This document shows positions 53,622 to 62,891 of a DNA stretch of 64,000 bases, in pieces (position 1 is the first letter of the stretch; each line of letters begins with the position of its first letter). A program made the position numbers and the translations under genes. Source of the DNA: an uncultured Pelagibacteraceae bacterium (GTDB taxonomy: Bacteria; Pseudomonadota; Alphaproteobacteria; Pelagibacterales; Pelagibacteraceae); contig CACBYG010000007.1 in assembly GCA_902543535.1 (NCBI GenBank), forward strand, positions 3,746 to 67,745, written 5' to 3'. Under the pieces are notes generated by a model. The model saw only the letters and a program-made list of their open reading frames with translations, had not been told where the DNA came from and searched no databases.

Positions 53622-54004
53622 TTTTGAATAAAGTAACAGTCCTTCTCAGAATAAATGATTTTATAATCATCATCTAAGTATTTTTGAATTTTATCCTGAT
53701 TGGCTCCAATCAAAATAAAAGAATTTTTCAAAGTACTATTTTGATAGTTGAAAAAATAACCCTCAGGTGAAGGAAAATCTTTAAAGTTTATAGAGATTAT
53801 ATTTTTATCATTTAAATAATATTTTTTAATTATTTTTTTATGAAAACCATAACCTTGAGCCCTACAATCTCCTGCATTTTTAATCATTCTAGTCTCTAAG
53901 TTTTCTCTAATAACTACATAAGTATTTGTAAAAGTATCGTAGATTGAAAATACAAGGATAATAATAATTACAAATAAAATATTTTTAAAATTTTTGGTTA
54001 ACAT
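53618..54004 (-). CDS. small membrane-anchored hypothetical protein
   Basis: N-terminal TM, R..GDC..QGYGF, C-terminal DCY. ATGA overlap with the downstream gene. Confidence 0.7.
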   Translation of the reverse strand: MLTKNFKNILFVIIIILVFSIYDTFTNTYVVIRENLETRMIKNAGDCRAQGYGFHKKIIKKYYLNDKNIISINFKDFPSPEGYFFNYQNSTLKNSFILIGANQDKIQKYLDDDYKIIYSEKDCYFIQK

Positions 54005-54142
54005 TTTATTTCATAAAATTTTAATATTTATAAATTGCTAAATTAGTTGTAAAAGCTTGGAATTAAAAAGATAGATAAAAAATCAAATATTTAAGAATAA
54101 TTTATAATAAAAAAACGTTTTAATATGCTATTTTGATTGTAA

Positions 54143-55579
54143 ATGCTTACTAATTTAAATCACAAACTTTATATAAAAATATTTATTTTTTTATCCTGGA
54201 TGGCGATGTGGGTTTCAATTAATTCAATGCCAGGAGAATTGCTTTACATGCATGAAAATATAATTACTTTCATAAATGGAACAAGGACAATTAACGCAAT
54301 TATTTTTAGCTTATTTTCAATTGTAGTTGCTCTTTATTACTTTTCAAAAAATGATGGAAAAATTAATTATTTTTCAATAGTAATTTTAATCTTTTTAATC
54401 CATTTTGTTTCCCAATTAATTGGATTAATCCTAAATCCAGAAAGATCTTTTTATGATTTAAATAATATTTATTTAATTTTGTACTCTCTGGGAACAATAG
54501 CAATTTTATATATTATTAAAAATTTAAACCTGAATGAAGTAGTTCCGTATCTTATGAACTTTATTTTTTTTATTTTAATATTTTCAATTTTTTTTATTTT
54601 ATTTAGTAACAGAGAATTAATTCCAGAAATTTTAAATCAGGGAAATTTTTATTATTTAATTCATCCAGATGTATCTATTAATTACCAAGCACAACCTAGG
54701 ATAACAGGTTTTTCAAGAACTGTTTCAATAATTAATATTTTTTTTATTGTATACTATTTGGTGAATCATAAAAAAACCTATTCTTTTTTATACATTATCC
54801 CGATTCTTACTTTCTCAATTATAATTTGGCTTTCCCAATCAAGAGGAACAATAATATGCTTTTATTTGTCCTCAATTATATTAATATTTTTCTTGAATAA
54901 TTTACCTTTATTAAAAAAGATTTTTATATTTAGTTTAATAACTTTTTTTTCTATTGTTTCTGCTAATACTATTACAAATATAAATATTAATTCAAAAAAT
55001 AATCAAGATTTAAACAAAGATTTAAACAATCCCCCGAATCAAAATTTAGACAAATCCTTAAATGATGAAATTGAAACAGGAAAAAATAACATGGCTGATA
55101 CTGGCAAATTAAAAAATATATTAAAATTAGATGAGTCTCGATTTGTCACTCAAAAAAATACGAGTGGAAGAACCACTCTATGGAATCAAGCCATAAATTA
55201 TTTTGATAAAAGAGCTATATTTGGTTACGGGCCTCAAGCTGACAGAATAGTCTTATTCGATAAAAAAAATAAATACGGTAATAACGTATCTAATGGGTCT
55301 TTATATGCTTTATTGTCTGGAGGCTATCCATCTTTAATAAGTATGATTTTAATATATTTATATTCTATTTACTTATTTTTTAAATTATTTGTAAAAAGAA
55401 AAAAAAATATCCTAAATGATAAAAATAAAATTTATGTAATTTCAATGACCTTCTGTATTTTTTTTATGATCAGATCCTTAATTGAAAATAGCTTCTCTCT
55501 TTTTAGTATTGACTTTTTAATAACTATTTTAAGTCTTTTTGTAGTTGAGAGATTTAAATTTAGTAAAAATTTTAAATAA
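54143..55579 (+). CDS. O-antigen ligase/polymerase family protein
   Basis: SQSRG, SGRTTLW, IFGYGPQADR, many TMs. Confidence 0.75.
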   Translation: MLTNLNHKLYIKIFIFLSWMAMWVSINSMPGELLYMHENIITFINGTRTINAIIFSLFSIVVALYYFSKNDGKINYFSIVILIFLIHFVSQLIGLILNPERSFYDLNNIYLILYSLGTIAILYIIKNLNLNEVVPYLMNFIFFILIFSIFFILFSNRELIPEILNQGNFYYLIHPDVSINYQAQPRITGFSRTVSIINIFFIVYYLVNHKKTYSFLYIIPILTFSIIIWLSQSRGTIICFYLSSIILIFFLNNLPLLKKIFIFSLITFFSIVSANTITNININSKNNQDLNKDLNNPPNQNLDKSLNDEIETGKNNMADTGKLKNILKLDESRFVTQKNTSGRTTLWNQAINYFDKRAIFGYGPQADRIVLFDKKNKYGNNVSNGSLYALLSGGYPSLISMILIYLYSIYLFFKLFVKRKKNILNDKNKIYVISMTFCIFFMIRSLIENSFSLFSIDFLITILSLFVVERFKFSKNFK

Positions 55580-55580
55580 A

Positions 55581-57308
55581 TTATTTCTTTTTTAAAATAT
55601 TACCATTTTTTATTTCATAAACATGGTCAAAGTTATTTAACAATTCAAGATTATGTGAAACAAATATAAGAATTTTATTATTCTTAATTTCAACTAATTT
55701 TTTAACTATTGATTTTTCAAGTTTTTCGTCTAATGCATTGGTAGCCTCGTCAAATATTAAAATTTGCTTATTTTCGTATAAAGCTCTTGCAATTCCAATT
55801 CTTTGGAGTTGACCTCCAGAAATATTTTTTCCTTGATCAGTTACTTTTTTTAAATTTTGATCAAAATTATTTTCAATACTTTTGAGTTCACATATTTCAA
55901 TTACTTCATTATATTTTTTTAGATCAATATCTTTTTCTTCAATTCCAAAACATATATTTTTCATTAAAGTATCATTAATTACTGTTGTTTTTTGTGAAAT
56001 ATAGGAAATATTATTTTGAAGTTTTCTTCTCAAAAAATTATTTTTTATAATTTCATTATCAACAAGTAAATCTCCTTTTTTAGGGACTACTAAACAAGAA
56101 ATTATATCTAATAAAGTTGTTTTTCCTGATCCACTTTTACCAAATATTCCAATTGATGAATTATGATTAATGAGTAAGCTAAGATTATCCAACATATGAT
56201 ATTTTGAGTCTTCGTAATTAAAAAATATATTTTTTAATTCTAATTTACTATTGATAAAAAATTTCTCATTATGATATTGTATTTTATTTTCAATATCTAT
56301 TTCATCTCTTACTTCAGTAAATGTAGGATTGTAATATTTAATATTATAGTAAAAATACAAAATCTTATGTAATGATGGTATTGCTCTATAACATACTGCT
56401 GCAAAAAAAGTACATGTTGCAATAATTTTAACTGTGCTAGCGTTCATATTTAATAAGTAATAAATAATTGCTACTAATCCAGCAATTCCAAGAGTTTCAA
56501 ATATAAGTTGGGGTGATCTTTGAAGTGACGCTCTTATCGCATCCATCTTTGCTATAGTTTTAAGAGAATTTGAAAAATTTACAAAGTATAGACCTGTTTT
56601 ACCTGTAAGGATTATTTCTCTGAAATTATTTATTATGTTTGTAAAGTTTTCAAACTTTGTATTAACACTTTTTTGTCTTTTATTTCCTATTTTTTTTATA
56701 AATATGGTTACAATTTTAGCTGAAATTATTCCAAAACAAAATAATCCTAATAATATTAAGAATGTATTTATTTGTTTAAAAAAAATAATTAATGCAACTA
56801 AGGCTAAAACCATTATCACTTCAGAAATAATAATTAAAATTGAATTTATAAGACCATCAGTTAAATCAGTTATTTTTTGGTTAACAGTAGAATTAATTTC
56901 TGAATTATCTTTTCTAGAATGATATAGATAATCTTGATGTAAATATTTACTCATTAGTATAGTACTTATTTTTTCTTTAATACTATTTATAAATATTGAT
57001 TTTAAATACTCTGTAATAATTAAAATTAGATTTTTAATTAAATAAGTTAAAATAACGAATATTGAAAAAAACATCAAAGCTTCATCTCTCTCCATTCTTA
57101 AAATAAAGTCCGGAACAAATTTAGCAAATGAGGAATTACCAAGTATTTGTAGAAAATTTTCATCCAAAACCAATGCAATAACTGGCATAACAAAACTTAT
57201 GCCAATAGCTTCAATAAATGATGAAAGAATAAATATACTTATTAGTAGATAAATTGAATATGGCTGGTGTTTCCTTATGAAATTGAATGTCTCAATGTAT
57301 ATTTTCAT
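55581..57308 (-). CDS. fused ABC transporter (PglK/MsbA-like glycolipid flippase)
   Basis: N-terminal TMD, GKSGSGKTT, ISGGQLQR, IFDEATNALD. Confidence 0.88.
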   Translation of the reverse strand: MKIYIETFNFIRKHQPYSIYLLISIFILSSFIEAIGISFVMPVIALVLDENFLQILGNSSFAKFVPDFILRMERDEALMFFSIFVILTYLIKNLILIITEYLKSIFINSIKEKISTILMSKYLHQDYLYHSRKDNSEINSTVNQKITDLTDGLINSILIIISEVIMVLALVALIIFFKQINTFLILLGLFCFGIISAKIVTIFIKKIGNKRQKSVNTKFENFTNIINNFREIILTGKTGLYFVNFSNSLKTIAKMDAIRASLQRSPQLIFETLGIAGLVAIIYYLLNMNASTVKIIATCTFFAAVCYRAIPSLHKILYFYYNIKYYNPTFTEVRDEIDIENKIQYHNEKFFINSKLELKNIFFNYEDSKYHMLDNLSLLINHNSSIGIFGKSGSGKTTLLDIISCLVVPKKGDLLVDNEIIKNNFLRRKLQNNISYISQKTTVINDTLMKNICFGIEEKDIDLKKYNEVIEICELKSIENNFDQNLKKVTDQGKNISGGQLQRIGIARALYENKQILIFDEATNALDEKLEKSIVKKLVEIKNNKILIFVSHNLELLNNFDHVYEIKNGNILKKK

Positions 57309-57395
57309 ATCAGCAAATTCTATTATAAGAGTTCTAGTATTTATACAATATTTATAAATACAATATTTAAATAATATTATTATAGTGGAGCAGAA

Positions 57396-58277
57396 TTGAG
57401 ATCTAACAAAGTATATTTTTGGGCATGTGATTATAAATCAAATTCTGGGGAAGGAAGATTAGCTAGATTATATATTAATGAATATAAAAAAAAATCTAAA
57501 AATTTATTTATTAAAATACCACCTCCAAGATTAAAAATTTTAAATTATAAATATATTTCACCATATATAGGAATTTTCTATGCATGGGTATATTTCTTTA
57601 AAAGAAAACAATTTTTATTTTTAAACTACCTACCTTGTTGGAATTTTTTAACTTTTTTGTTATTACCACCTAAATCCAAAATTGGTCCAATTACAGGAGG
57701 TTCTAATTTTTCAAAAAATTCTAACGACTATTTAATTAGAAAATTTTTTTTTCCAATTTTATACTTTTTTTCAGATCTTGTATTGAGATTTAGGTTTGAT
57801 AATTTAATATTTTCAACAGATTTACTAAAAAAATTTCTATCAAAGAAAATAATCAACAAAAGTAAATTTAATTTTATATTTAATGAGATAAAAATTAAAA
57901 AACAAAATACATTTAAAAAAAGAAAAATTAAATTTTTATTCTATTTCAGAAAACATAAAAATAAAAAATATTTATATATTTATAATATATTAAATGAATT
58001 AGTTTTAAAAAACTATGAGCCACAGATAATAGGAGACAAACTCATCCTGAAAGGAGTAAAAAATCATGGCTTTATTTCACATAATAAAGTTTTAAATCTA
58101 TTGAATGACACAAAATATAGTTTGACTTCTACAGAAAATTTATACAGTTTTTTTACAATAGATTGTATTAACAATAATGTTAAAGTTTTAGTTGATAACA
58201 AGAAGTATAGAGCTATTAAATATTACAAACATTGTTTTGTTAAATATAAATTTATTAAAAATAAACTTTTTTTTTAG
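57396..58277 (+). CDS. hypothetical protein, possibly divergent GT-B glycosyltransferase
   Basis: SGEG loop, R..KNK, IIG, HGFI, ENLYSFFTID resembling E-x7-E. Confidence 0.5.
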   Translation: MRSNKVYFWACDYKSNSGEGRLARLYINEYKKKSKNLFIKIPPPRLKILNYKYISPYIGIFYAWVYFFKRKQFLFLNYLPCWNFLTFLLLPPKSKIGPITGGSNFSKNSNDYLIRKFFFPILYFFSDLVLRFRFDNLIFSTDLLKKFLSKKIINKSKFNFIFNEIKIKKQNTFKKRKIKFLFYFRKHKNKKYLYIYNILNELVLKNYEPQIIGDKLILKGVKNHGFISHNKVLNLLNDTKYSLTSTENLYSFFTIDCINNNVKVLVDNKKYRAIKYYKHCFVKYKFIKNKLFF

Positions 58278-58282
58278 AAAAT

Positions 58283-60001
58283 ATGTCAATAATATTGGGT
58301 ATTAATTGTTATCATACGGATAGTTCAGCTTGCTTAATTAAAAATGGAAAGTTGGAGTTTGCCATAGAAGAAGAGAGATTAAATAGAAAAAAACACACAT
58401 CAGATCTACCAATACTGTCAATAAAAGAATGCCTCGATAAAACCAATACAAGAGATGATGAAATTACAGATATCGCATTTAACACCAACCCAAATAGTAA
58501 TTTTTTTAAAAAACTACAATTTATTATTAAAAAGTTTAATTTTAATAATAATTTTATAAAAAGATACAATAAAAAGAAAAAACTAAATCAGGTATTTAAA
58601 AATTTTTTTAATTTTAATAATAATATTAAATACCATTTTATAGAGCATCATTTATCTCACATAGCTTCTGCTTTTTATGCATCTGAATTTGAAGATGCTA
58701 TAGGTCTATCAATAGATGGTTCAGGTGATTTTACCAGTTTAATGATAACTAACTGTGATCAAAAAGGTATTCAAATTGTTAAAAGAATTAGTTTTCCTAA
58801 TTCTTTAGGAATATTCTATCATGCTATGACTCAATTTATTGGCTTCAAAAAATTTGGTGATGAGTATAAAATTATGGGATTAGCATCTTATGGTAAACCA
58901 ATATACTTTGAAAAGTTACAGAAAAATTTATTTATTAAAAATAAAAAATTTTTTAGCCTGAATTTAAATTTTTTTAATCACAGCGACATTAAATTTAAAT
59001 ATTCCCACATAAATTCTGACAAGTTCCCAAATTTATATAATAAAAATTTAGTTAATTTATTTCATGATGAAATAAAAAGTTCAGATAAATCTGAATTTGA
59101 ACAAAACTTTGCTTCATCTGTGCAAAAAATCTATGAATTTTATTTTAACAAAATTTTAAGATCAATTACTTTGTCAAATTTTTCTAAAAATTTTGTTTTT
59201 GCTGGAGGCTGTGCACTTAATTCTAAAGCAAATAATATGTTAATTTCAAAAAAATTTAATAAAAATATATTCATTCCTTGTGCACCTGGTGATAATGGAG
59301 GGAGTTTAGGAGCTGCATTTTATATATGTAAAAATAAAAAAGAAAATAATAATTTTTCTAATCCTTACTTGGGATCAAGTTTTTCAGATCATGAAATACA
59401 GAGTATTTTATTGGGTCAGTACAAAGATAAAGTCAATTATAGAAAATTTAATAACATTGATGAAGAATATGATCTTGCAACAGAAATCATAATTAATAAA
59501 GGTGTTATAGGTTGGTTTCAAGGATGTATGGAATTTGGACCAAGGGCATTAGGAAATAGATCTATATTAGCTGATCCAAGAAATAAAAATATAAAAGAAT
59601 TAATTAATTTAAAAATAAAAAGAAGAGAAAATTTTAGACCATTTGCACCAGCAGTGTTACAAGACTTCCAAGCTGATTGGTTTGAAGAAAGTTTTAATAA
59701 TAAATATATGTCATCTGTAATGAATGCAAAAAGAGAGAAAATAATTTCTATCCCAGGGGTGGTGCATATAGATGGAACCTCAAGAGTTCAAACTGTTCAA
59801 AAATCAGACAATGAAATCTTTTATAATCTAATAAGAACTTTCTATTTAAAAACAAAAGTACCTATTTTACTAAATACCTCGTTTAATGAAAATGAACCAA
59901 TTGTAAGATCTCCAGTTGAGGCGATAGAATGTATGCTAAGAACAAATATGGACGGTCTATTTTTGAATTCTTATTTTATAAAAAAAAAAAGTGATTATTA
60001 A
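58283..60001 (+). CDS. carbamoyltransferase (NodU/CmcH family)
   Basis: HTDSSA, EEERLNRKKH, EHHLSH, EYKIMGL, GGCALN, EFGPRALGNRS, RPFAP, LLNTSFN. Confidence 0.95.
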   Translation: MSIILGINCYHTDSSACLIKNGKLEFAIEEERLNRKKHTSDLPILSIKECLDKTNTRDDEITDIAFNTNPNSNFFKKLQFIIKKFNFNNNFIKRYNKKKKLNQVFKNFFNFNNNIKYHFIEHHLSHIASAFYASEFEDAIGLSIDGSGDFTSLMITNCDQKGIQIVKRISFPNSLGIFYHAMTQFIGFKKFGDEYKIMGLASYGKPIYFEKLQKNLFIKNKKFFSLNLNFFNHSDIKFKYSHINSDKFPNLYNKNLVNLFHDEIKSSDKSEFEQNFASSVQKIYEFYFNKILRSITLSNFSKNFVFAGGCALNSKANNMLISKKFNKNIFIPCAPGDNGGSLGAAFYICKNKKENNNFSNPYLGSSFSDHEIQSILLGQYKDKVNYRKFNNIDEEYDLATEIIINKGVIGWFQGCMEFGPRALGNRSILADPRNKNIKELINLKIKRRENFRPFAPAVLQDFQADWFEESFNNKYMSSVMNAKREKIISIPGVVHIDGTSRVQTVQKSDNEIFYNLIRTFYLKTKVPILLNTSFNENEPIVRSPVEAIECMLRTNMDGLFLNSYFIKKKSDY

Positions 60002-61004
60002 TTTTTTTATTGATAACAGACTTGGTGGTCCTCACATTAATTTTTTTAGGATTTCAAATATTTTTAAAACAAAAGTTAAGAATGTTACTGTTGGGAAGTC
60101 AAGTTTTTCAAAAATTCACTTATTAAATTTAAGGTATATGTCAAAATTTTTATATCCACTTGAAATATTAATAAACTCGATACAAATAATTTTTTTGTTT
60201 AAAAATAAAAAATGTAAATTTATTTCTAATGGTATTTATAACATTGCTCCAATAATAGCTGGTTCACTTTTAAGAAAAAAAACATATTGGTATCTTCTAG
60301 AAGAACCTAATCTAATTAATAAATTAACTTATAGAGTTATGAATTTTTTGTTCAAATTCGAGGTGCTATCGATTTCTAAAAAAATATGTAAAGACTATAA
60401 AATATTAAATTTCAAATATTTCCCACCTTATATCCAATCTCAGAAAATAACATTGGGTAAAATTAGTAAATCACCTCTCAAAATTTTAAGTGTCGGAAAT
60501 GTTAATAAAGTTAAAAATCACTTTTTTGTATTGGAAAGTCTCTCTAAATATAACTCTGAGTTTCAATATGATGTTATTGGTGCAAAATTAAACACCCAAT
60601 CAAATTTATTTAGCTCAATAAAAAAATATATTAAATTGCAAAATCTCAGTAAAAGTATCAGATTTCTTGGTTACAAAAATCAAAGAGAAATTAAAAGAAT
60701 TACAAAAAAGAAAGATATATTTCTTTTACCATCATTAACAGAAGGTTGTCCAATATCGTTGTTAGAAGCCTTATCAATGGGAAAAATTTGCGTATGTTCT
60801 AAGGTAGGAGATATACCTCTAATTCTTAAAAATAATATTAATGGTTTTTTAATTGATCTTAATGAAAAAAGTTTAAATAAAACACTAGATAAAATAATAA
60901 ATATGGATCAAAAAAGTTTGAAAAATATTCAATTAAATGCAATTAGAACAGTTAAAAAATATTTCTCAAAAAAGAAACACTATAAATTTATCTTTGATAG
61001 GTAA
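59991..61004 (+). CDS. GT4 glycosyltransferase
   Basis: SVGN...KN, FLG, PSLTEGCPISLLEA, VGDIP. Confidence 0.88.
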   Translation: MIINFFIDNRLGGPHINFFRISNIFKTKVKNVTVGKSSFSKIHLLNLRYMSKFLYPLEILINSIQIIFLFKNKKCKFISNGIYNIAPIIAGSLLRKKTYWYLLEEPNLINKLTYRVMNFLFKFEVLSISKKICKDYKILNFKYFPPYIQSQKITLGKISKSPLKILSVGNVNKVKNHFFVLESLSKYNSEFQYDVIGAKLNTQSNLFSSIKKYIKLQNLSKSIRFLGYKNQREIKRITKKKDIFLLPSLTEGCPISLLEALSMGKICVCSKVGDIPLILKNNINGFLIDLNEKSLNKTLDKIINMDQKSLKNIQLNAIRTVKKYFSKKKHYKFIFDR

Positions 61005-61008
61005 ATTT

Positions 61009-61791
61009 CTATATATTCGATTTTACAAAATTTTTTACATTTATTAATTTACTTAGGGTAAAATATTTTGATAAAATTTTAATATTTGCTTTAGAAATTT
61101 TATTTTCTTTAACTCTTGTTTTACTAATAATAAATTTTTGTTGTTTAAGGTCAATTAATTTTTTTATTGCTACAGCCTTACCACTTCCAATTTCGATATC
61201 ACCTGAAAAATTTGATTTTATTAAATTTTTATAAATTTTACTTGCATCACTTACATGTATAAAATCCCTTTTAGAGTTTCCATTATTATTTATTTGTATT
61301 GGATTTTTTTTTGTTGCTTTTAATATTTTATAAATTATTGAGGCTTTATCCTCTCCACCGTAAAGGTTAAACAAACGGGTAATTATAAGTTGAACATTAT
61401 TTCTATAACTGTATTCACGTAAAATTTGTTCACAAATAATTTTTACTGAAGTGTATACCGATCTCGAGTTATAAGTATTTGCATTAAAATTTTTGACTGC
61501 ACAAGTGCTTGAATAAATAATTTTTATGTTTTTTTTTTTATTGATAAGTTTTAAAAAGTTTATTAAAAAAATTACAGATTGATTTATCAAAGTTTTGTTA
61601 TTTTTTTTATCGTTTAAAATTTTGAAAAGTGGATAAAAAGAGTTAATAATAAAAATAGTATTATCCTGAATTAAACTCCTGATAGATTTTTTTTTTTTAA
61701 TAAAATTTGTAGAAACAATTTTTGATTTTTTAAATATTTTTTTTAACTCTTTTGAAAAAAAACTTCTCTCTCCAATAATTACAATTTTCAT
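61009..61791 (-). CDS. divergent NAD-dependent epimerase/reductase (SDR)
   Basis: IYSST, YTSVK, RLFNLYG, RDFIHVSD. Degenerate glycine loop GERSFFS. Confidence 0.8.
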   Translation of the reverse strand: MKIVIIGERSFFSKELKKIFKKSKIVSTNFIKKKKSIRSLIQDNTIFIINSFYPLFKILNDKKNNKTLINQSVIFLINFLKLINKKKNIKIIYSSTCAVKNFNANTYNSRSVYTSVKIICEQILREYSYRNNVQLIITRLFNLYGGEDKASIIYKILKATKKNPIQINNNGNSKRDFIHVSDASKIYKNLIKSNFSGDIEIGSGKAVAIKKLIDLKQQKFIISKTRVKENKISKANIKILSKYFTLSKLINVKNFVKSNI

Positions 61792-61835
61792 AGAATTAAT
61801 TAGCTTTATAATCGTAATCTAACATATTTTTTTGA

Positions 61836-62840
61836 TTATTTGATAATTTTAGTGACTCTCCTAACAGCGTTTATAGTGTTGCACAAATTTTTTTTAAAAA
61901 GACTAAAATTTTTATTTCCAAAAATATTAATTTTATTTGGATTCTTTTGAAAAAATATAATTTGACTCTCAAGTGTACTGTTATTTATATTATAAAGCCT
62001 TCCATTAAAATTATGTTTTATATATTCTGAGGCAGCACCAACACTTTTATTCGAAATCAATGCCATTCCTCTAGCCATAGCCTCAATAACAACAACACCC
62101 CAACCATCATATTTAGAGGGTAAAATCAAAATATTATTTTTTTTATATACTTTATCTAGATTTTTCTTATTTAAAAAATTATGGTAAAAAACGTTTTTTT
62201 CTTGTTTAGCAAGTTTCAATACTTTTTTCTTCAATGGTCCATTCCCCACAAATGTAAATGAACAATTTGAATTATTTGCATTTGGTATACTTTTAATTAA
62301 ATTATCAATACCTTTTCTTTTAATTAATTGTCCAACATATAAAAATTTAGGATTAATTGATTTTCTTATTTTTTTTTGAATTTTAATTGAGTATGGAATA
62401 TTAAAAACATTATCGTTGAATTTCTTATAAAACTTTTTAGCTTCATTTCCAATTGCAAAGATTCCTTCAGCAGAACTTAGCTTAAATTTTATATAAAATT
62501 TTCTCAAAAAAATTTTAAGTGTACTATTTTGATTATTTAATCTTTCTAACCAGAAATATTTTTTAATGTTTTTATCTTTTATTTCAATATCCATTTTGTA
62601 ACCACCAATAATTACAACATTCGGTTTTTTCTTTTCAATTATTTTATCAATTGTGTTTGTTTTTTTTGTATTCAAGAAAGTCATCCAATTAGGTATTTTA
62701 AAATTTAATCTATGGTTATTAGAAAATTTATATTTATAAATTATATATACTTCGTAGTATTTTCTTAATTCATTAAAAAAATCAATCTGATAAGTGGTAG
62801 GAGAGTGAATATAAAAAACAATTTTTATTTTTCTAGACAT
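61836..62840 (-). CDS. GT4 glycosyltransferase
   Basis: LYVGQLIKRKG, VGNGP, PSKYDGWGVVVIEAM. Confidence 0.9.
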   Translation of the reverse strand: MSRKIKIVFYIHSPTTYQIDFFNELRKYYEVYIIYKYKFSNNHRLNFKIPNWMTFLNTKKTNTIDKIIEKKKPNVVIIGGYKMDIEIKDKNIKKYFWLERLNNQNSTLKIFLRKFYIKFKLSSAEGIFAIGNEAKKFYKKFNDNVFNIPYSIKIQKKIRKSINPKFLYVGQLIKRKGIDNLIKSIPNANNSNCSFTFVGNGPLKKKVLKLAKQEKNVFYHNFLNKKNLDKVYKKNNILILPSKYDGWGVVVIEAMARGMALISNKSVGAASEYIKHNFNGRLYNINNSTLESQIIFFQKNPNKINIFGNKNFSLFKKNLCNTINAVRRVTKIIK

Positions 62841-62891
62841 TTTTTTTTCAAAGTTTACTTTATATATTTTATCTTAAAAATGTATTATTAA

